A DNA stretch of 64,000 nt from Candidatus Bathyarchaeota archaeon. Its GTDB lineage: Archaea > Thermoproteota > CALKCG01 > B24 > DRYS01. Made by a program: the position numbers and the translations under genes. This document shows, piece by piece, positions 59,809 to 64,000 of the stretch. The notes under the pieces were generated by a model, which was not told where the DNA came from, ran no database searches, and saw nothing but the letters and a program-made list of their open reading frames with translations. The DNA is taken from NCBI GenBank assembly GCA_018396535.1, contig JAGTQC010000001.1:160001-224000 (forward strand), given 5' to 3'. The stretch's first letter is position 1. Each line of letters begins with the position of its first letter.

Positions 59809-61911
59809 CTACATTATCGATAACGTTGTTGATACCTGATATATGAATCCTAGTATTACTGCTGGTCCTGTTGCTGCAGCCATACCTATAGCGAATGGCA
59901 TAGCTACATCCTCGTATAGCTTAGCTCCACCAATCCTCATAACAACTATTTTAGCAACATACGCTACCATGGACGGTACTAGTACATTAGGTATAAGCAT
60001 ACCGAAACCTAAAGCTACACCTCCAGGGTTGAGAGGAAACCATGGATACTTCGCATGTAGAGCATAGACTATAGATACTATCGCTGCACCTATAGAGAAT
60101 AGTATCCACTGTGAGGCTCTAGGTCCGCCGCCACCTAGAGAGCCTCTCCAATACTCCCCTACCTCTGTTATACATGCATACGTGGGTGCTCTCTGATAGT
60201 AGTTATGAGGAGCTCCGGTATAGTTGAACGCTGATAGATTTAACGCTCCGAAACTACACCAAAGAGGTAAGAATGCGAATGCGGCCACGGTAATACCTAC
60301 GATTATAGCTATCACCGTCGCGATCAGTATATGCTTAGAATGCAAACCTTCAAGAGATGCTATCTTGTAAGACTCTAGAAGAGTAGCGGCAGGTGCTGCT
60401 CTTATAACAGTAAAGTACCATGGATAATCGCTTCTCAATACAAGATACCTAGATTGTACATTCCTTATGAAGAATGGTGACATAGGATCTGCGACAAACC
60501 ACTGCCTAAACGTATAAGTCCAGTTATGAGCCCAATAATTATCGTTCATGAAATCCAAGACTAATCCATACTCACCTGCAACTCTAGCTCTACACATAAG
60601 CCATAAAGCATACATGATATAATTTATAAACCCCCATACAACTGGTAGATTCCCTAAACTCGCATACCACCATAAAGCAACAGAGATGGTCATGAAGAAT
60701 ATTAAAGCTAGTAACTGCCAACGATATCTTAAAGGCTCCCTCGCCTCGATCTCAGATGGTGCTCTTCCTAGAAGAGCCTTTACACTATTCACGAGTTCTC
60801 CTCTAAAAGATATGAAGATAGGCGCGAATATTATAGCATACGCTGCACCAAAGCTTATGAAAGATACCGCACCCCATGTGAGAACCCATCTTTGCATATT
60901 AGGACCCATCCAACCGCGAAACATATTCGAATGCTGATAGCCTAGGCCAGATGTACCAGCACTCTGAGGCTCCCAGTATCCTAGCCAAGACATCATAGGC
61001 CACCAAACCCAGAAGAACACTACTGAAGTGACTATGTAGCTGAATAGCGTCTTTACAGGAACTAGGAATGCTGCTCCAATCCAGAAAGCTTCGAAATTAA
61101 AGCTCATAGGAGCACATGGAACTATTACATACGGCGTTAGATCTATACCTAAACTACCAGGATACATCATAGATACTGTTAGTCCTAGTCCTGGTAGTGT
61201 CCATGCCCAGTATGGGTATATTGCTAGGAATCCTATTAGTAATCCTAGCCATAGCCATACGTTTTGGAATAGTCTTGTTCCTCCATCAACCTTCTCATAA
61301 GCCATATCTATAAGCTTAGCAGCTGCAGTAGCATGTGGGAATGGCAGTGCTTCTATATCTATCCACTGCCTCCTCCATAGTGTTGCGAAGAATGCGAACA
61401 TAAGATAGTATGGTATTAATCTAGCTGTATGGAATAGTAGTGCAGGCATCCACTCAGCCCATGGTACTGGTCCACCATACATCCAAGACTCCCATAGCTT
61501 ATCGTTGAACGGATCGGGGCCCCACTGCCAATGAGCAGGTTTAAGATACTCTAGATTCCATCGGTGGAAGGCTGGAATCTGACGAGCAGTACCCATCATA
61601 GTAAATATCTCTAATATACCGTGTTGACTTGGTATAAGCCATGAAACCCATATCATAGATAATATGATTACAAGCTCATGCTTCGATACACCAACCCTAG
61701 ATAGTAGAGTCCCGAGGACAGAGATAACGAGAGGCCAAAACAATACGAAACTCATATTAGCTGGCCAAGCGTTTATCCATGAATCACCTGTCAACCCCCA
61801 AAGGGTTCCTCCTACTGTAAACAACGCTACGAACTCCATTAAGACTACTATGATAGCTGTTAGGAGCGCACCAGCAAGGTAGATGATGGGACGTACTCGA
61901 GCTTCTTCCAT
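59809..61911 (-). CDS. DUF6785 / OPT-like polytopic membrane transporter
   Basis: Many TM segments, W--WMP, RRQW---E-LPFP, EPL-Y, R--GE-G and YPWFPLNP-G motifs. Confidence 0.75.
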   Translation of the reverse strand: MEEARVRPIIYLAGALLTAIIVVLMEFVALFTVGGTLWGLTGDSWINAWPANMSFVLFWPLVISVLGTLLSRVGVSKHELVIILSMIWVSWLIPSQHGILEIFTMMGTARQIPAFHRWNLEYLKPAHWQWGPDPFNDKLWESWMYGGPVPWAEWMPALLFHTARLIPYYLMFAFFATLWRRQWIDIEALPFPHATAAAKLIDMAYEKVDGGTRLFQNVWLWLGLLIGFLAIYPYWAWTLPGLGLTVSMMYPGSLGIDLTPYVIVPCAPMSFNFEAFWIGAAFLVPVKTLFSYIVTSVVFFWVWWPMMSWLGYWEPQSAGTSGLGYQHSNMFRGWMGPNMQRWVLTWGAVSFISFGAAYAIIFAPIFISFRGELVNSVKALLGRAPSEIEAREPLRYRWQLLALIFFMTISVALWWYASLGNLPVVWGFINYIMYALWLMCRARVAGEYGLVLDFMNDNYWAHNWTYTFRQWFVADPMSPFFIRNVQSRYLVLRSDYPWYFTVIRAAPAATLLESYKIASLEGLHSKHILIATVIAIIVGITVAAFAFLPLWCSFGALNLSAFNYTGAPHNYYQRAPTYACITEVGEYWRGSLGGGGPRASQWILFSIGAAIVSIVYALHAKYPWFPLNPGGVALGFGMLIPNVLVPSMVAYVAKIVVMRIGGAKLYEDVAMPFAIGMAAATGPAVILGFIYQVSTTLSIM

Positions 61912-62482
61912 CCCATGGATAACCTTGTTACTTGAATATTTAAATCTTTCGGTATATATAAAAAAGTAATTTTTGAAACTCTACCTATTTCTAATAACAT
62001 TCTAAGTTATATTACAATTCATGCGTCATCTTCTAATATAGTATAGTATAAAAGAGCAACATATAGGTTATAAAAGTTGTCAAAGAATATAAAGAGACAT
62101 AATAACTATAAGTATAGAAAAGAGAGATAGATGAGATCGATATCGCTCATTATAGCTATGGTTTTTGCTGCGTCCCAGAAGCCTAGGTAGGTCATTAGCG
62201 GAAACCAGACCTAATGCACTGCTATGGATGCTATGATAAAACTGAATAACGTTTTAACTAGGTATAAGAAATGCAGCTCTTAGAGGTGGATTTATACTGG
62301 AGCCTACAGCGACACCACTACCTGATACCCCTATCGGAAATATACTAACTTTCATAAAAACTGGGAGAATTAACGGACGATACCAACTCTAAATTATTAA
62401 TGGAATATTAGTATATCTGCTACGTTTTAAAAGCATACAGATTATATTGTAAGCTATTTTATCGATAAATTTAAGATTTCTC

Positions 62483-63256
62483 CTATTTCATCTCCGATAC
62501 GATCTTCTCTATGAAGCTCGAATCCTCTCTTGTAGGCTCTGCTATCCCGATCATATCTGCTCCGAGTTGGAATGTTTTTCTAGCCGCTTCTACGCTCCAT
62601 ATATATCCGCTTACGAGTATGAATTCACTTGGATATTTTCTCTTCAACTCCTCTAGGAAGCTATAATCTGGCTTACCGTTTACACCTCTTATATTGAAGT
62701 GTACTCCAACTAGGTCTAGATTCTCTATATAATCCATTATAGGGCTATAATCAGGTATAACCCTAGCTCTGAACTTAGCTATAACAGGTTTATCAATATT
62801 GGCGAATGCATCAAGCCATCTAAATAGCTCGCTTCTATTCTCTGGTAGGACCATAGCTCTAAGTTTACCAATCCTGTAATATGGCTCGTATGTACCGTGA
62901 AAGTTTAGCTCGACTATATCTCCTCCAGCTTCGTAGAAGTATTCTGCAGCCTCTAACCCCCATTCAAGCTTAGGTGTAGCTAGATTCAAGCATACATATA
63001 TATCGCCTAGTAAGCTTCTAACCTTAGAGCACTCGTTTCTAAAGAAGTCTATGCATGCCGCCCTATCCGAGGGTAACACTGGTAGTCTATGTATACTGAG
63101 GCCATAGGCGGGAGGTTCGGCTAGATATGCACCTAACTGAACCATAATACATCCTTTACCTCTACTAGCACAGAAAGCTCCATCGGTTATGCCACCCATA
63201 GATGATAGGAAGAATCCGCCTTTAAGCCTACTCTTTAAACCACTCCATCTAGACAT
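62483..63256 (-). CDS. Dihydrouridine-synthase-like FMN TIM-barrel protein (MJ0144-like); start at ATG 63256
   Basis: LSSMGGITDG, ELNFH, K-R, GVH and GADMIGIA; GGTGGG SD. Confidence 0.7.
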   Translation of the reverse strand: MSRWSGLKSRLKGGFFLSSMGGITDGAFCASRGKGCIMVQLGAYLAEPPAYGLSIHRLPVLPSDRAACIDFFRNECSKVRSLLGDIYVCLNLATPKLEWGLEAAEYFYEAGGDIVELNFHGTYEPYYRIGKLRAMVLPENRSELFRWLDAFANIDKPVIAKFRARVIPDYSPIMDYIENLDLVGVHFNIRGVNGKPDYSFLEELKRKYPSEFILVSGYIWSVEAARKTFQLGADMIGIAEPTREDSSFIEKIVSEMK

Positions 63257-63278
63257 ATACCCCACCTTTATGGCAAGA

Positions 63279-63803
63279 CTATTCTTTCTTATACAGCCTC
63301 CTCGCCATCCTGTATTCCTCGCTAAATTTAGATAACTCATCGAAAACCGATGGATCCTTAGATAGCAGTTCATCTACTAAACTCAGGTATCTAGCAACCC
63401 TTACAGCATCGGGATTTATCTTCTTAAGCTTTCCACCTGATAGGACGTAATGCTCCCTATCCATCCTCTCGCCAAGTATATACTCTGCTTCGTTAACGCT
63501 AGCATGTAACGTAAAGCAATGTGGACTTCCATCGACAGTAACTACGACAAGCTTCCTAGGCTTAGAAGATCTAAATATGCTAGCTATTTTCCCATAATAC
63601 GTAGCCCCCTCCTTTTCAGGACAGACTAGAAGTATAATCTTACCCTTAGATAACTCATCGAAAACCATCGGATCTACAAGAGGTAGACATGCAGAGGATA
63701 ACATTACCTCCGAATCTCTGAGTATAGGTGTTTTAACCCATACACTTAGAAGCCATGGATAACATACTTCACCAACATGTCGAATCGGACTTATACAACC
63801 CAT
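63279..63803 (-). CDS. Putative iron-sulfur cluster-binding protein
   Basis: Dispersed Cys pattern SAC...CPE...DGSPHC. Confidence 0.6.
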   Translation of the reverse strand: MGCISPIRHVGEVCYPWLLSVWVKTPILRDSEVMLSSACLPLVDPMVFDELSKGKIILLVCPEKEGATYYGKIASIFRSSKPRKLVVVTVDGSPHCFTLHASVNEAEYILGERMDREHYVLSGGKLKKINPDAVRVARYLSLVDELLSKDPSVFDELSKFSEEYRMARRLYKKE

Positions 63804-64000
63804 AGATACATCCCTCTCTTACACCTACGATAATACACCAGCTCTAGTTAACTTTTCCACCATCAATCACCATACTTATTTTACGCTTAGGGAACCGATT
63901 ATGCTTCAGATACATTTAAACTCTTCTTGGATCTCTAATAATCTATGAGATGCTATATCATAAACATACGTTATCGATGGGGCAAATCTATACTAATGAT

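Noticed and set aside
446-61882. Numerous short ORFs antisense to or nested in confident genes (e.g. 2679-3410, 10162-10581, 50595-51173, 43264-43641)
   Set aside because: Shadow ORFs with Ser/Leu/Ile-rich translations mirroring the real gene's codon bias; no motifs
1-64000. CRISPR arrays, transposases, integrases, rRNA genes and diversity-generating retroelements
   Set aside because: None recognised; the 159-bp repeat has no adenine-specific mismatches and no reverse transcriptase is present

Overview
Gene-dense archaeal chromosomal segment. PolD large subunit, TIP49, GTPBP1, TFB, an intron-containing tRNA, a structural-type splicing endonuclease subunit, LysM plus homocitrate synthase and an MtrH homologue together suggest a TACK-lineage archaeon, probably Bathyarchaeia-like; this taxonomy is inferred. 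Core genes include GGGPS, polC/DP2, srp54, mtnA, hisS, alaX, cysS, ppa, tfb and three tRNAs (Val-TAC, intron-containing Leu-TAA, Ser-TGA). They alternate with catabolic genes (AOR-family oxidoreductase, sugar kinases, GH35/GH140/esterase cluster, peptidases) and two accessory patches at tRNA 3' ends. Highlights: (1) Two unrelated secreted proteins end in the same PVGG-transmembrane-basic tail, and one lies beside a membrane-anchored protein with a clan-CD-like His/Cys arrangement; this is a candidate undescribed protein-sorting system. (2) A complete fluoride riboswitch with a visible Shine-Dalgarno-sequestering platform sits ahead of a two-gene operon with no fluoride exporter. (3) DP2 appears to need a non-canonical start codon. 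(4) An intact mtrH homologue lies between decayed gene remnants. (5) Three convergent gene pairs share a palindromic CTAG double stop. All family calls come from motif recognition; no database searches were run.
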